From Ferruginibacter sp. (GTDB lineage: Bacteria > Bacteroidota > Bacteroidia > Chitinophagales > Chitinophagaceae), in contig JAXLUD010000007.1 in NCBI GenBank assembly GCA_046329655.1, positions 52,282 to 116,281 of the forward strand: 64,000 nucleotides of DNA. The letters are read 5' to 3'. The stretch's first letter is position 1; each line of letters begins with the position of its first letter. The notes under the pieces are model-generated. The model was not told where the DNA came from. It saw nothing but the letters and a program-made list of their open reading frames with translations, and ran no database searches. Shown in pieces: positions 19,720-30,615 of the stretch. The position numbers and the translations under genes are program-made.

Positions 19720-22227
19720 TTATAAGCGCACCGGTTCGTTGCCCACCATGAACACGGCGTTCAGCAGCAGGAGTTTTCCATTCTCCCAAAATTCGCGGAA
19801 CACGGGATCATCGGTCATGTAAATCACTTTGCCACGGCCCATTTCCTGCACCGCAAATATCGTCCCGTCCTTTATCTTATTGCTGACTGAAACCCCTGCA
19901 AAACCCGCCACTTTATTTTCTTTTTTTACCACGCCCACATTCCAGCCGTCTTTTAAAAACTCAAGTACCGTGCTGTTTTGCTTGAGTGTGTAAAAAGTAT
20001 TGCCGATACCAAATGCCAATGGATGTGTTTCATCCATCTCCACTTTGTAAATGGCACCGGGAATGCTGTTCACCAGGTCATCCCTTTCCCTGTTACCATA
20101 TTTTTTCAGGTCGGTATAACCGGCGTCTTTCTTTTCATCTTTTTTATCCTCCTCTTCTTTCTTCAGCTTAATACCCCACTCCGCTGCGGCCAATTGCTGT
20201 ACGGCACTTTCCAGGGCAATGATACGGCCGCCGCTGCGAACCCATGCTTTGATTTCGTCGCTCATTTTTTTATCGCTGATGAAACCATAATCACCGTCGG
20301 GCAATATCAGCACATCAAAATTTTTCAATGTGGCAGTGCGCAGGCTGCCGCCGTTCAGCATGGTAAGCGGGTATTTTACCTGCTGCTCAAACAAATGCCA
20401 GATTTCACCTGCGGCATTGGGATTAACATCATTGCCGGTTACACAAGCCACCCGTGGCGCTGCCAGTTTTAAAATATCCGGACTGCCCATATCAGGACCT
20501 GCATCCATAAACCCGCCATCCAGCAAAACAAAATCGGCTCCCATTGTGCTGATGGTTGCTTCCACTTTATTCCAGGTATTCAGGTTGTCTCTTTTCAAAA
20601 TGAGCAGTGACCCCTTGCTGATCGTACTGCCTTTGTACACAATATCCTTTTCATTAATGCGCACACCGGCACCAGCGGCCAGCAAAGCAGCCAGCAGTGA
20701 GGCATCATGCACAGAGGAATAATTAACGGCTATCCCATAATTCACCTGTTGCAGCCTGGGATAAACAGGAGCGCTGTTTTCACCCGTTGTTTTTAAAGGC
20801 ATATTTACTGCAAATGCGTTCACGCCGTATGCAAAAGGAATACTCCAGGCCGTGATATCATACGTGGCACTGTCGCCCAGTTTACTCACAGGTTCCAGTA
20901 ATACTTTTGCCAGCATGCCACGGGGTTGAGCCGTATTTACTGCAATGCTGTACCTGCCTGTTTTCACCGCTTCGGTTTTACCCGTAAAATAATTATAGCC
21001 TGACAGCCCCGGCATATTGTTCACAAAAACCCCGGAGCTGATCCCGTTATTATTCAGTACCTCCTGTACCGCCTTGATACGTGCTGCATCATTGCTGGTG
21101 ATGATATATGCTTTATAACTGTTACCGGCACCTGCCCGGCTGTCGTCGAAATATTTTTTGAATTCGGCCACCAGTTTGGGCGCATTGGCCGAAGCCATTT
21201 CAACCGTACTAAGCCCGGTGGTGGTATGATGCCATAACCTGTCTTTGAGTGTGAGTATCTCTCCTTCGTCCGTCTGTACCGCCAGTCCGCCCCTGCTGTG
21301 CCCGCCCTGTTCATACGTCATGCCAATAGCACCATTATACGTTGGATAGGTATCGCCGTAACTCGGGTAAAAAAGATCAAATCTTTCCTTGGTAAAATAC
21401 AGCCAGCCGTTGCGGTCAAAATAACGGGCATTGTTTTTACCGATCAGGGTTTGAAAATCTTTTTGCCAGCCGGTGATCACTTCATGAAAAGGTGCGGCAG
21501 CGGGTGCAAAATAATAGGGTTCGTTATATCCCTGTTCGTGGTAATCCACATGCACCTGCGGCATCCACTGGTTATACATTTTTAAGCGCTGCTGTGTTTC
21601 AACCTGTGTTTGCCAGGCCCAGTCGCGGTTGAGATCAAAATTATAATGGTTCACCCTGCCACCTGGCCAGGGTTCTTCATGTTCACGTGCTGCCGGGTTG
21701 GGATTGGCCTGCACACCGGCCATGCTGTTAAACCAGTTCACATAGCGGTCGCGGCCATCAGGGTTGAGGCAGGGATCCATGATCACAACTGTATTATTCA
21801 GCAGGAGCTGGTGTTCGGGTTTCAGTAATTCATAGATCGTTTGCATGGAAGCCTCGCTGCTGCTGGCTTCGTTACCATGCACATTATAGCTTAACCATAC
21901 CACGGCAGTGGTATTACCCGGTGCGGTGCCGCTTTCCATTCCCGCCAGCTGCAAATTGTTTTTACGGATATTTTCAAGATTGCTGATATTGGCAGCGGAG
22001 GAAACAAAGGCGAGGTACAGTGGCCGGCCTTCGTATGTTTCACCATATTGCTGCAGTTTTACCTGGGCAGGCAATGCAGTTGCCACCTGCTGAAAATAGC
22101 TGACGATTTTATGATGCGGCGTGAATTTTGTTCCGAGGGTGTATCCTAAAAATTCGTCCGGACTTTTCACCTGCGCACGAGACCCTGATGCAAGCAGCAG
22201 TAAAAAAAGAAACAAATAATTCTTCAT
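19720..22227 (-). CDS. M14 family zinc carboxypeptidase with C-terminal extension
   Basis: Signal peptide; VWLSYNVHGNEASS (HxxE zinc motif) and downstream M14 core. C-terminal LKNFDVLILPDG...GGRIIALE module. Confidence 0.8.
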   Translation of the reverse strand: MKNYLFLFLLLLASGSRAQVKSPDEFLGYTLGTKFTPHHKIVSYFQQVATALPAQVKLQQYGETYEGRPLYLAFVSSAANISNLENIRKNNLQLAGMESGTAPGNTTAVVWLSYNVHGNEASSSEASMQTIYELLKPEHQLLLNNTVVIMDPCLNPDGRDRYVNWFNSMAGVQANPNPAAREHEEPWPGGRVNHYNFDLNRDWAWQTQVETQQRLKMYNQWMPQVHVDYHEQGYNEPYYFAPAAAPFHEVITGWQKDFQTLIGKNNARYFDRNGWLYFTKERFDLFYPSYGDTYPTYNGAIGMTYEQGGHSRGGLAVQTDEGEILTLKDRLWHHTTTGLSTVEMASANAPKLVAEFKKYFDDSRAGAGNSYKAYIITSNDAARIKAVQEVLNNNGISSGVFVNNMPGLSGYNYFTGKTEAVKTGRYSIAVNTAQPRGMLAKVLLEPVSKLGDSATYDITAWSIPFAYGVNAFAVNMPLKTTGENSAPVYPRLQQVNYGIAVNYSSVHDASLLAALLAAGAGVRINEKDIVYKGSTISKGSLLILKRDNLNTWNKVEATISTMGADFVLLDGGFMDAGPDMGSPDILKLAAPRVACVTGNDVNPNAAGEIWHLFEQQVKYPLTMLNGGSLRTATLKNFDVLILPDGDYGFISDKKMSDEIKAWVRSGGRIIALESAVQQLAAAEWGIKLKKEEEDKKDEKKDAGYTDLKKYGNRERDDLVNSIPGAIYKVEMDETHPLAFGIGNTFYTLKQNSTVLEFLKDGWNVGVVKKENKVAGFAGVSVSNKIKDGTIFAVQEMGRGKVIYMTDDPVFREFWENGKLLLLNAVFMVGNEPVRL

Positions 22228-22251
22228 AAATTGGGCATTAAAAATCAGCTG

Positions 22252-23940
22252 ATGAAATCCTGCAGCGTATTATTGATTGCGTTTTTATGTACAGTGCTGC
22301 AAAGTACTGCACAAATTAACCCTTATAGTTACCACTCACAAAAAAATATAACCTGCAGCAATGGTGCGGTGGTATCGGCGCACCCGCTGGCCAGTAAAGC
22401 AGGACTGGAAATTTTAAAGCAGGGAGGCAATGCCGTGGATGCAGCGATTGCAACACAGCTTGCGCTGGCCGTGGTATATCCCGGCGCCGGCAATATTGGC
22501 GGTGGTGGTTTTATGGTGGCACATTTAAAAAACGGGAAAAACATCAGCATCGATTACAGGGAAAAAGCGCCCGCTAAAGCTTCGAGGGATATGTATCTTG
22601 ACGCTGCCGGCAGTCCGCAGCTCAGCTTATCACAGAATGGTCATCTTGCCAGTGGCGTGCCCGGTACAGTGGCCGGCTTATTCGCTTCCCATCAATATGC
22701 AAAGCTCGCATTTGCAAAACTGGTGCAGCCCGCCATTGAGCTTGCAGAAAATGGTTTTGCGATCACGGCTGCGGAAGCGTCTTCGCTCAATGCGCATAAA
22801 ACAGAATTCATACAACTGAACACCGCCCCCACTGCTTTTGTAAAACAAACAGCCTGGAAAGAAGGCGATACATTGCGGCAGCCTGAACTGGCCGCCACAC
22901 TGAAGCGCATAAGGGATAACGGTGCCAAAGGTTTTTATGAAGGCGAAACAGCCCGTATGATCGTGGAAGAAATGCAACGGGGAAAAGGCATCATCAGTTA
23001 TGAAGATCTTCAAAACTATACAGCAAAAGAAAGGGAACCGCTCAGTTTTCTGTATAAAGGTTACAGGGTTGTATCGATGCCCCTGCCCAGCAGCGGCGGC
23101 ATTTTACTGAAACAGATGATGAAGATGACCGAAAAGCGCAATATCGCCTCCATGCGGTTTTTATCAGCGAAAACAGTGCAGCTGATGACCGAGGTGGAAC
23201 GCCGTGCATTTGCAGACCGGGCCGAATTTTTAGGCGACCCGGATTTTGTGAAAGTACCGGTAAAAAGACTCACCAGTGATGCATACCTGGCTGCACGCAT
23301 GAAAGATTTTACGCCGGGCAAAGCGGGGAACAGCAACAGCATAAAAGCGGGCATCATCAAAGAAAGTGAAGAAACCACCCACCTCAGCGTGGTGGATGGA
23401 GAAGGCAACGCCGTAGCAGTTACCACCACTTTAAACGGCAGTTATGGCAGCCGTACCGTGGTGGGTGGTGCGGGCTTTTTACTGAACAATGAAATGGATG
23501 ATTTTAGTGTGAAACCCGGCGTGCCCAATATGTACGGCGCAGTGGGCAATGAAAAAAATGCCATCGCCCCGGGTAAAAGAATGCTGAGCAGTATGACTCC
23601 CACCATTGTGCTGCAAAACAACAAACCCTTTATCGTTACCGGAACACCGGGTGGCACCACCATTCCCACCAGCGTATATCAAACATTGCTGAATGTGATT
23701 GAATTTGGCATGAATGCGGATGATGCCGTAAACAAACCCAAGTTTCATCACCAGTGGCTGCCTGATGTGGTGTACATTGAAAAAAGCTTTTATCCCGATA
23801 CACAAAAAGAACTGGAAGCAATGGGATATAAAATGCAGACGAGGGGCCAGATCGGCAGAACCGAACTGATCATCATCAAAGGAAAGGAGATCACAGCTGC
23901 CGGTGACAAACGGGGTGATGACAGCGCAGAAGGTTATTAG
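22252..23940 (+). CDS. ggt: gamma-glutamyltransferase
   Basis: Signal peptide from ATG 22252; GGGGFMV, catalytic-Thr region ETTHLSVVDGEGNAVAVTTTLN, and GTPGG near the C-terminus. Confidence 0.9.
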   Translation: MKSCSVLLIAFLCTVLQSTAQINPYSYHSQKNITCSNGAVVSAHPLASKAGLEILKQGGNAVDAAIATQLALAVVYPGAGNIGGGGFMVAHLKNGKNISIDYREKAPAKASRDMYLDAAGSPQLSLSQNGHLASGVPGTVAGLFASHQYAKLAFAKLVQPAIELAENGFAITAAEASSLNAHKTEFIQLNTAPTAFVKQTAWKEGDTLRQPELAATLKRIRDNGAKGFYEGETARMIVEEMQRGKGIISYEDLQNYTAKEREPLSFLYKGYRVVSMPLPSSGGILLKQMMKMTEKRNIASMRFLSAKTVQLMTEVERRAFADRAEFLGDPDFVKVPVKRLTSDAYLAARMKDFTPGKAGNSNSIKAGIIKESEETTHLSVVDGEGNAVAVTTTLNGSYGSRTVVGGAGFLLNNEMDDFSVKPGVPNMYGAVGNEKNAIAPGKRMLSSMTPTIVLQNNKPFIVTGTPGGTTIPTSVYQTLLNVIEFGMNADDAVNKPKFHHQWLPDVVYIEKSFYPDTQKELEAMGYKMQTRGQIGRTELIIIKGKEITAAGDKRGDDSAEGY

Positions 23941-23962
23941 CACAAATTTAAAAAGAGCCGCC

Positions 23963-24376
23963 ATGAGCAATGATTTATTAGCCGGTGATTTTATTGCCGG
24001 GGTTAACAGGAAACTGATCAAAAAGATACTGGTGCTTACAAAGGCCGTGCTGAGCCTTTCTGTGGTTTATGCGCTGATAGAAATTGCCAACTGGTACCTG
24101 GCGCTGGAAAAAATTTTTGCAAACCCGCTTGAAACGAACCGGCAAATATTTTATTTCAGGATACAGCCGCTGGTGTTCATTCTATTATTCGGGCTGAATA
24201 TTTTTGCCTTTTCACTCAATGTAAAATCACTGGATCAAATTGATGAATCCATTGAGCACAATGATCCCGACATTTTCAATGAAGGGTTTTCCCTGGGTTA
24301 TAAGGCCGTGCGGCTCATGCTGATTTCGGTTTGTATTGCCATTGCAACAGCACTGACTTCTTTACTTTTAAAATAA
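23963..24376 (+). CDS. hypothetical membrane protein
   Basis: 137 aa from ATG 23963, with three hydrophobic helices. No family recognised. Confidence 0.5.
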   Translation: MSNDLLAGDFIAGVNRKLIKKILVLTKAVLSLSVVYALIEIANWYLALEKIFANPLETNRQIFYFRIQPLVFILLFGLNIFAFSLNVKSLDQIDESIEHNDPDIFNEGFSLGYKAVRLMLISVCIAIATALTSLLLK

Positions 24377-24382
24377 TTTTCT

Positions 24383-24925
24383 ATGTCTGCAGGCACACTT
24401 TACCTGGAGTCGGCATTGAAACGCCTCCGCAATTATAAGGAACTGGGCGATAAAACCTTTTCCCAGTTAACTGAAACTGATTTTCATTTTCAGCCCAATG
24501 AATCATGTAACAGTATCGGGGTGATCATACAGCACATGGCGGGCAATATGCTCAGCCGCTGGACGGATTTTATGACCAGTGATGGCGAAAAGGAATGGCG
24601 CAACCGCGACGGCGAATTTGAAGAGCAGCAGATGAGCAAGGGACAGCTGCTGGACTTTTGGGAAAAAGGCTGGAATTGCTGTTTCAATGCCATCAGTGCG
24701 CTCACCGAAGCGGATCTTTCAAAAACAATTCAAATCCGCACCGAATCACTCACGGTGGTGGATGCCATCAACAGGCAGCTGGCACATTATCCATCGCATG
24801 TGGGGCAGATACTGCTGATGGGCAAGATCATCAAAGGCAGCAACTGGCAAAACCTGTCGATCCCAAAAGGTCATTCTGCATCCTATAACAAAGATGTGCA
24901 GGAAGGCGTTAAAAGGCAGCCATAA
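24383..24925 (+). CDS. DinB-like / DUF1572 family protein
   Basis: IIQHMAGNMLSRWTDFMTSDGEKEWRNRDGEFE segment typical of DUF1572 (DinB superfamily). Confidence 0.65.
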   Translation: MSAGTLYLESALKRLRNYKELGDKTFSQLTETDFHFQPNESCNSIGVIIQHMAGNMLSRWTDFMTSDGEKEWRNRDGEFEEQQMSKGQLLDFWEKGWNCCFNAISALTEADLSKTIQIRTESLTVVDAINRQLAHYPSHVGQILLMGKIIKGSNWQNLSIPKGHSASYNKDVQEGVKRQP

Positions 24926-24978
24926 TAAAAATTCATCAACTGCTGTAAAAGCTTAGCTTTGCCAGCAATTTTAACATA

Positions 24979-25617
24979 ATGAAAAAACTTCTCCCGGTTT
25001 TTATACCGGCCTTTTTATTTACCACTGCAAACGCCCAGGTTAAAATTGGGGTAAAGGGTGGCTGGAGTTATACCGGCACCGTTGCAAAATATAAGGAAGT
25101 AAAGCAGTCAGTTTCATATTTGAGCGGTTATGGTATCGGCGCCATGGCTAAAATCCCGTTTGATGGTGTGCTGCATTTCTCTCCTTCGGTAATGATCAAT
25201 AAGCGGGGCTTTGCCATCAACCACCCCGCCGGGGGCAGCAACAAAAAGGAAGAATACAGCATGACCTATCTCGACCTTATGCCGGCTTTAAGCACCGAAT
25301 TTATAAAAGGCAACAACGCATTCTCCATTGGCGCAGGTCCTGTTTTTGGCTTTACAAATTTTGGCAAGCTGAAAATAACCGACAGTACCGGCAATACGGG
25401 AACGCAAAATCTCAAATTTGGATATGGCGCTTATGGCTGGTTTGATCTTGGACTGAATGCAAGCCTGGGTTGCCGTTTTAACAAGATTGCCCTGGAAGTA
25501 AGTTATTATACCGGGCTTGCCAATATCAATAACAAGGAAGAATCCGACGGGCGTAATATGCAGCACCGGGTTTGCAGCATCACCCTTGGTTATTATTTTA
25601 AGGAAACTGCCCATTGA
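24979..25617 (+). CDS. outer-membrane beta-barrel (porin family) protein
   Basis: Signal peptide, alternating beta-strand pattern, C-terminal ...ITLGYYF. Confidence 0.65.
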   Translation: MKKLLPVFIPAFLFTTANAQVKIGVKGGWSYTGTVAKYKEVKQSVSYLSGYGIGAMAKIPFDGVLHFSPSVMINKRGFAINHPAGGSNKKEEYSMTYLDLMPALSTEFIKGNNAFSIGAGPVFGFTNFGKLKITDSTGNTGTQNLKFGYGAYGWFDLGLNASLGCRFNKIALEVSYYTGLANINNKEESDGRNMQHRVCSITLGYYFKETAH

Positions 25618-25743
25618 TACACGCTTCGGCCGGTTTTTCAATATTCTAATATTCCTTTAAAGTTTGGTACTGAATTTGCCCATAGCGGGTGAAGCATTAT
25701 TTTTGTACCAACATTAAATACCCTGAGCAAAAGCCTTAACATA

Positions 25744-28700
25744 TTGAAATGGGCCGCACTGGCATTGCTGTTCTGGGTTACACTGGCTGCCCTCTTCTTT
25801 TTTGTTTTTTCAGCAAACAGGTGGGTTTTCTTTTTACTGCTGGCAGGCTGGCTCACTGCCTGGTTCTTTGTTTTTAAAAAAAGCCGGCACAAAGCCTGGT
25901 TCATCGGGGCATTGCTGATATTCCTGCTCAGCAGCTGGGGACTGATCAATTATGCGCCGGTTCAAAATTTTTTGATCAGCAAGGTTACAAAGGCGCTGTC
26001 TGAAAAACTGCATACCAGGGTCGAGATAAAGCATGTTGAATTCTCGCTTTTCAATAAAATGCTGATCGAAGGCGTGCTGGTGGAAGACAAACAGCGGGAC
26101 ACCCTCCTGTATGCAGGAACAGCGAAAGTAAATATCACCGACTGGTTCTTTTTAAAAGACAAAGCCACGTTAAAATACCTCGGGCTGAAGAATACACTGG
26201 TGAACATGCACCGCAGCGATTCGGTTTGGAATTACCAGTTTTTGCTGGATTATTTTTCTTCTCCTAAAAAATCATCCTCCTCCAACAAAGGCGGACTGGA
26301 ATTTGATTTTAAAACCCTCGAGCTGGAAAATATCCGCTTTATAAAAGCCGACCAGTGGGTTGGACAGGATATGACCATTGCAGTTTCAAAAGCGGGCATT
26401 GTGGCTGACAGTCTTGATCTGCCCAATAAACATTTTGCCATCAGCAGTATTACGCTGGACCAGCCCTATTTTTCACAAACAAATTATACCGGCAACAGGA
26501 GCAAGCTCAATATCCAGTCAAAAAAAACGGTCAGTATTCCCGTACCGCAGCAGTTTAAATGGAATAATGAAGGCTGGGTGTTCAATGTGAACAGTATCCA
26601 CATCACCAACGGCGCATTCCAGAATGAAAAGGAAACAGAGCGGGCGCCGTATACCGACCGGTTTGACGGGCAGCACCTTTTGTTCAGTGCTATCAATGGC
26701 GACATAAAAAATATTTCATTTAACAAAGACACGCTTTGGGCCGATATCAGCCTCGCCACCAAAGAAAGAAGCGGGTTTGAAGTGAAGAAGATAAAAAGCC
26801 ATGTGAAGTTTACGCCCGACATCATGGAATTTAACCAGCTGGATATTGTGACCAATAAGAGCAGGCTGGGCAGTTATTATGCCATGAAGTACGAGGACTT
26901 CAACAGCGACATGAATGACTTTATCCATCGAGTTACCCTGAACGGCCGTTTTGAGAACAGCAAGGTAGCCAGTGACGACATCGCTTTTTTTGCACCCACA
27001 CTAAAAGACTGGCACCGGGTATTTGAACTGGAAGGCAACGCCAAAGGCACCATTGATAATCTCAGCACCAAAAATATGGTGATCAAAAGCGGCAGTACCA
27101 TCGTGGATGGTGATATCAGCTTACGCGGCCTGCCGGATATTGAAAATACCTTTATTGATTTTAAATCGAATAACCTGGTCACGAATTATAACGACCTGGT
27201 CACTATCATCCCTTCGTTGAAAAATGTAACACAGCCGCGGCTGAGCAGGCTGGGTGACATCAATTTCAAGGGAACATTCACCGGCTTCATCAACGACTTT
27301 GTAACCTATGGCAATATCAGCACCAGCCTGGGCAATATAATTGCCGATCTGAACATGAAACTGCCCGCGAACCAGCCCCCTACTTATTCGGGCAAATTAT
27401 CTTCGGGAGGTTTTAACCTGGGTCAGTTTATCGAAAATAAAGACCTTGGCAATATCGCACTCGATGGCAATGTAACCGGCCGTGGTTTCACCATGAAAGA
27501 TCTCAAAGCCAGCTTCAGGGGTGATGTGAAAAAAATATACTTCTCAGGATACGATTACAGCAATATCGTGGTGGATGGCAGTTTCGACAAAAAACTATTT
27601 ACCGGCAATGGCAGCATCAACGATCCCAATCTTAAGCTGGATGATTTTCATGGCTCCATCGATTTTACAGGCGTCACCCCTACCTATGATTTTGATGCAA
27701 AGCTGAGAAAGTCGAATTTTAAAACATTGCGTTTAAGCAAGGATGATTTCTCTTTATCCGGTCATCTGAACCTGAATTTTACAGGCACCAATATTGATAA
27801 TTTTTCCGGCACTGCCCGGGTGTATGATGCCGAACTGCGGCACGACAGCACCAGGCTGTCTTTTGATTCGCTTACCTTAAAATCTTACCTCGCCAATGGA
27901 AAGAAAAGACTGGAGTTCCAGACAAACGAACTCGAGGGAAATATTACCGGCGAGTTCAGCATCCTGCAATTGCCCGACGCATTCAGTCTTTTCCTGAACC
28001 GTTATTACCCGGCCTATATCGCCAAACCGAAAAAACCGGTGAGCAATGAAGACTTCAGTTTTTATATCCGTACCCGGAATGCGGATGAATTTGTGCAACT
28101 GGTGGACAAGCGGCTGAAAGGATTTGATGATGCCGAGTTCAGCGGCAATATCAATCTTGCAAAAAACGAACTCAATGTAAAAGGCAATATCCCTTTCTTC
28201 CGGTATGATGGCAAAACCTTTAATAATGTAATACTGGAAAGCAAGGGCAACCTCGACACACTCATCACAAAGATCACCACGGGAGATATCGGGCTCAATG
28301 ACAGCCTGCATTTCCCCGGCACACACCTGCTCATAAAATCACACAATGATGTATCCACGCTGCAGCTGAAAACCAGCGCCAGCAAAACACTCAATGAAGC
28401 AGAACTGAATGCCACGGTAACCACGCTGAATGATGGCGTGAAGATCCACTTCTCCCCTTCTTCGTTTATCATCAATGATAAAAAATGGGAACTGGAAAAT
28501 GATGGCGAACTCACCATACACAAATCCTATATCGATGCCAGCGAAGTAAAATTTGTACAGGGCGAACAGGAGATCACTTTCGCAACAGAAGAAGCACAAG
28601 ACGGCACCGACAACGTGGACGTGGTGGCTTACCTGAAAAAAGTAAACATCAATGATTTTACACCCCTGTTTTTGAAAAAGCCCCGGCTGGAAGGCATACT

Positions 28701-30615
28701 CACCGGTAAGGCCACCCTCAAAAATCCTTTCGGGGATCCTTACATAGAATTCACCGCTCAAACACAGAACCTGCGGCTGGATGATAAGCTCATTGGCAAT
28801 GTGCCGCTGGAAGCGACGGTGGATACAAAAACAGGATTGATCACTTATAAGGCAGGTACAGAAAACGACCTGTATAAGTTTAAAGGAAACGGCACTTACA
28901 ATTATAAAGACACCACAGGAAATAACCTGAACGTAAACCTGGCCGCAGAGCGGTTTGACCTCAGCATACTGGACAATTACCTGGGCAGTGTTTTCAGTGA
29001 AATAAAAGGCAATGCCAATACCACACTGAATGTATACGGCAATCCCGAACACCAGTTTATCACCGGCACAGTGAATGTGGACAGTTGTTCGCTTAAAGTA
29101 AATTACACCCAGTGCCGTTATAAGTTTAGCAATAAAACCATCATCTTTAACCCGGATGAAATTGACCTGGGCACCCTGCAGGTAAAAGACACGCTGGGCA
29201 ATACAGGTACGGCCAGCGGCAAACTGAAACATAAACTTTTTGATGCGTTTGATTTTGAAAACCTGTCTTTTGAAACCAGCAGGATGCTGCTGCTGAACAC
29301 CACCAAAAAAGATAACAACCAGTTTTACGGTAAAGCCATTGGCAGCGCAAGAATGACGCTGAACGGCCCCATTACAGATATGCGGATGAAGATCACCGGC
29401 AAAACATCCGGTGTGGACAGCAGCCATATCTTTCTCCCCACGGGCGACAGCAAGGAAGCAGGCAAGATCGATTATATAGAGTTTGTGAAATTCGGGCGGG
29501 AAATGGAATCATCCCGTTACAGCCAGGCCACCAATATGTTTATTGATATGGACCTGGAAGCCACTCCTGCCTGTAAAATTGATGTGATACTGGATGAAGC
29601 CACCGGTGACATCATCAAGGGACAGGGCAATGGCAAACTGAATATAAAAGTGGGCACCCGGGAACCGATCACCATGCGTGGACAGTACAATATCACGCAG
29701 GGTGAATACAAATTCAATTTCCAGACGGTATTGCAGAAATACTTTAATATCCGCAATGGCTCCACCATTACCTGGGATGGCGACCCGTATGAAGCCCGTA
29801 TTAAAATAAATGCCGAATATCTTGCGCAAAGAGTTGACCTGAGCAGTCTTTCATCCAGCAGCGGCAAACAGATCAAGCAGAAATCAGATCTCAGCATCAT
29901 CGCCCATCTTACCAACACGCTGAAAAAACCGCAAATCAGTTTTGAATTTTTATTACCGCAGGATAATGATGTAAGCAAGGACCCGATTGTGCTGGAGAAC
30001 CTAAAAAAATTCACCCGCGACCAGAATGAAATGAACCGGCAGGTGGCATCCCTGCTCCTCTTCAATACTTTTGTAAATGAAAGCGGCGGCGGACTCGGCA
30101 ACTCCACTTCTGCTTTCCTGGCAGGCACTGTGGGCCAGGTAATTTCGGGTTACCTTAACAGCCAGCTCACGCGTTTCTTCCAGCGTGTGTTCAATGATCC
30201 CAGTATCAGTCCTTACCTCTCGCTCAATTCAAATTATGATATTACCAATCCCGAACTGATCAAGGCGCTGCAGGCTTCCGGTAATTTTGGTTTCAGGAAA
30301 GAATACCTCGAAGGCAGGCTGGTGGTTTCACTGGGAGGAAATATTGATTACAATAACCCGTATATCTTACAGGCACGCAATACCAATATTCTTTTAACGC
30401 CGGATATCACGGTTGAATACATCCTGAGCAAGGATGGTAAACTGCGTATTGTGGGATTCCAGAAAACAAGTGTGGATGCCACCCTGGGCCAGCGTAATAA
30501 AACCGGGGTAAGGCTTTCTTACCAGAAGGAGTTTGATAAAAAACGTTACCGTACCTCCGAAGCAGATAAACCCAGGCCAAGGCCTGAGATAAAAGGCAAT
30601 CCCGGCAAAAGCTGA
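25744..30615 (+). CDS. tamB: translocation and assembly module protein TamB-like
   Basis: 1623 aa, N-terminal membrane anchor, very long beta-rich repetitive body and a conserved C-terminal region. Size and architecture are typical of Bacteroidota TamB. TTG start. Confidence 0.7.
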   Translation: MKWAALALLFWVTLAALFFFVFSANRWVFFLLLAGWLTAWFFVFKKSRHKAWFIGALLIFLLSSWGLINYAPVQNFLISKVTKALSEKLHTRVEIKHVEFSLFNKMLIEGVLVEDKQRDTLLYAGTAKVNITDWFFLKDKATLKYLGLKNTLVNMHRSDSVWNYQFLLDYFSSPKKSSSSNKGGLEFDFKTLELENIRFIKADQWVGQDMTIAVSKAGIVADSLDLPNKHFAISSITLDQPYFSQTNYTGNRSKLNIQSKKTVSIPVPQQFKWNNEGWVFNVNSIHITNGAFQNEKETERAPYTDRFDGQHLLFSAINGDIKNISFNKDTLWADISLATKERSGFEVKKIKSHVKFTPDIMEFNQLDIVTNKSRLGSYYAMKYEDFNSDMNDFIHRVTLNGRFENSKVASDDIAFFAPTLKDWHRVFELEGNAKGTIDNLSTKNMVIKSGSTIVDGDISLRGLPDIENTFIDFKSNNLVTNYNDLVTIIPSLKNVTQPRLSRLGDINFKGTFTGFINDFVTYGNISTSLGNIIADLNMKLPANQPPTYSGKLSSGGFNLGQFIENKDLGNIALDGNVTGRGFTMKDLKASFRGDVKKIYFSGYDYSNIVVDGSFDKKLFTGNGSINDPNLKLDDFHGSIDFTGVTPTYDFDAKLRKSNFKTLRLSKDDFSLSGHLNLNFTGTNIDNFSGTARVYDAELRHDSTRLSFDSLTLKSYLANGKKRLEFQTNELEGNITGEFSILQLPDAFSLFLNRYYPAYIAKPKKPVSNEDFSFYIRTRNADEFVQLVDKRLKGFDDAEFSGNINLAKNELNVKGNIPFFRYDGKTFNNVILESKGNLDTLITKITTGDIGLNDSLHFPGTHLLIKSHNDVSTLQLKTSASKTLNEAELNATVTTLNDGVKIHFSPSSFIINDKKWELENDGELTIHKSYIDASEVKFVQGEQEITFATEEAQDGTDNVDVVAYLKKVNINDFTPLFLKKPRLEGILTGKATLKNPFGDPYIEFTAQTQNLRLDDKLIGNVPLEATVDTKTGLITYKAGTENDLYKFKGNGTYNYKDTTGNNLNVNLAAERFDLSILDNYLGSVFSEIKGNANTTLNVYGNPEHQFITGTVNVDSCSLKVNYTQCRYKFSNKTIIFNPDEIDLGTLQVKDTLGNTGTASGKLKHKLFDAFDFENLSFETSRMLLLNTTKKDNNQFYGKAIGSARMTLNGPITDMRMKITGKTSGVDSSHIFLPTGDSKEAGKIDYIEFVKFGREMESSRYSQATNMFIDMDLEATPACKIDVILDEATGDIIKGQGNGKLNIKVGTREPITMRGQYNITQGEYKFNFQTVLQKYFNIRNGSTITWDGDPYEARIKINAEYLAQRVDLSSLSSSSGKQIKQKSDLSIIAHLTNTLKKPQISFEFLLPQDNDVSKDPIVLENLKKFTRDQNEMNRQVASLLLFNTFVNESGGGLGNSTSAFLAGTVGQVISGYLNSQLTRFFQRVFNDPSISPYLSLNSNYDITNPELIKALQASGNFGFRKEYLEGRLVVSLGGNIDYNNPYILQARNTNILLTPDITVEYILSKDGKLRIVGFQKTSVDATLGQRNKTGVRLSYQKEFDKKRYRTSEADKPRPRPEIKGNPGKS

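Noticed and set aside
25638-25949. 103-aa minus-strand ORF overlapping the tamB start
   Set aside because: It is antisense to the TamB membrane anchor, basic low-complexity sequence, and likely spurious.
28339-29427. 362-aa minus-strand ORF (and many other 60-240-aa ORFs antisense to tamB, TBDRs, trpD, PIG-L, M14, ggt)
   Set aside because: These are shadow ORFs fully embedded antisense in long, well-supported genes. Their composition is low-complexity or Cys/His/Phe-rich, with no motifs.
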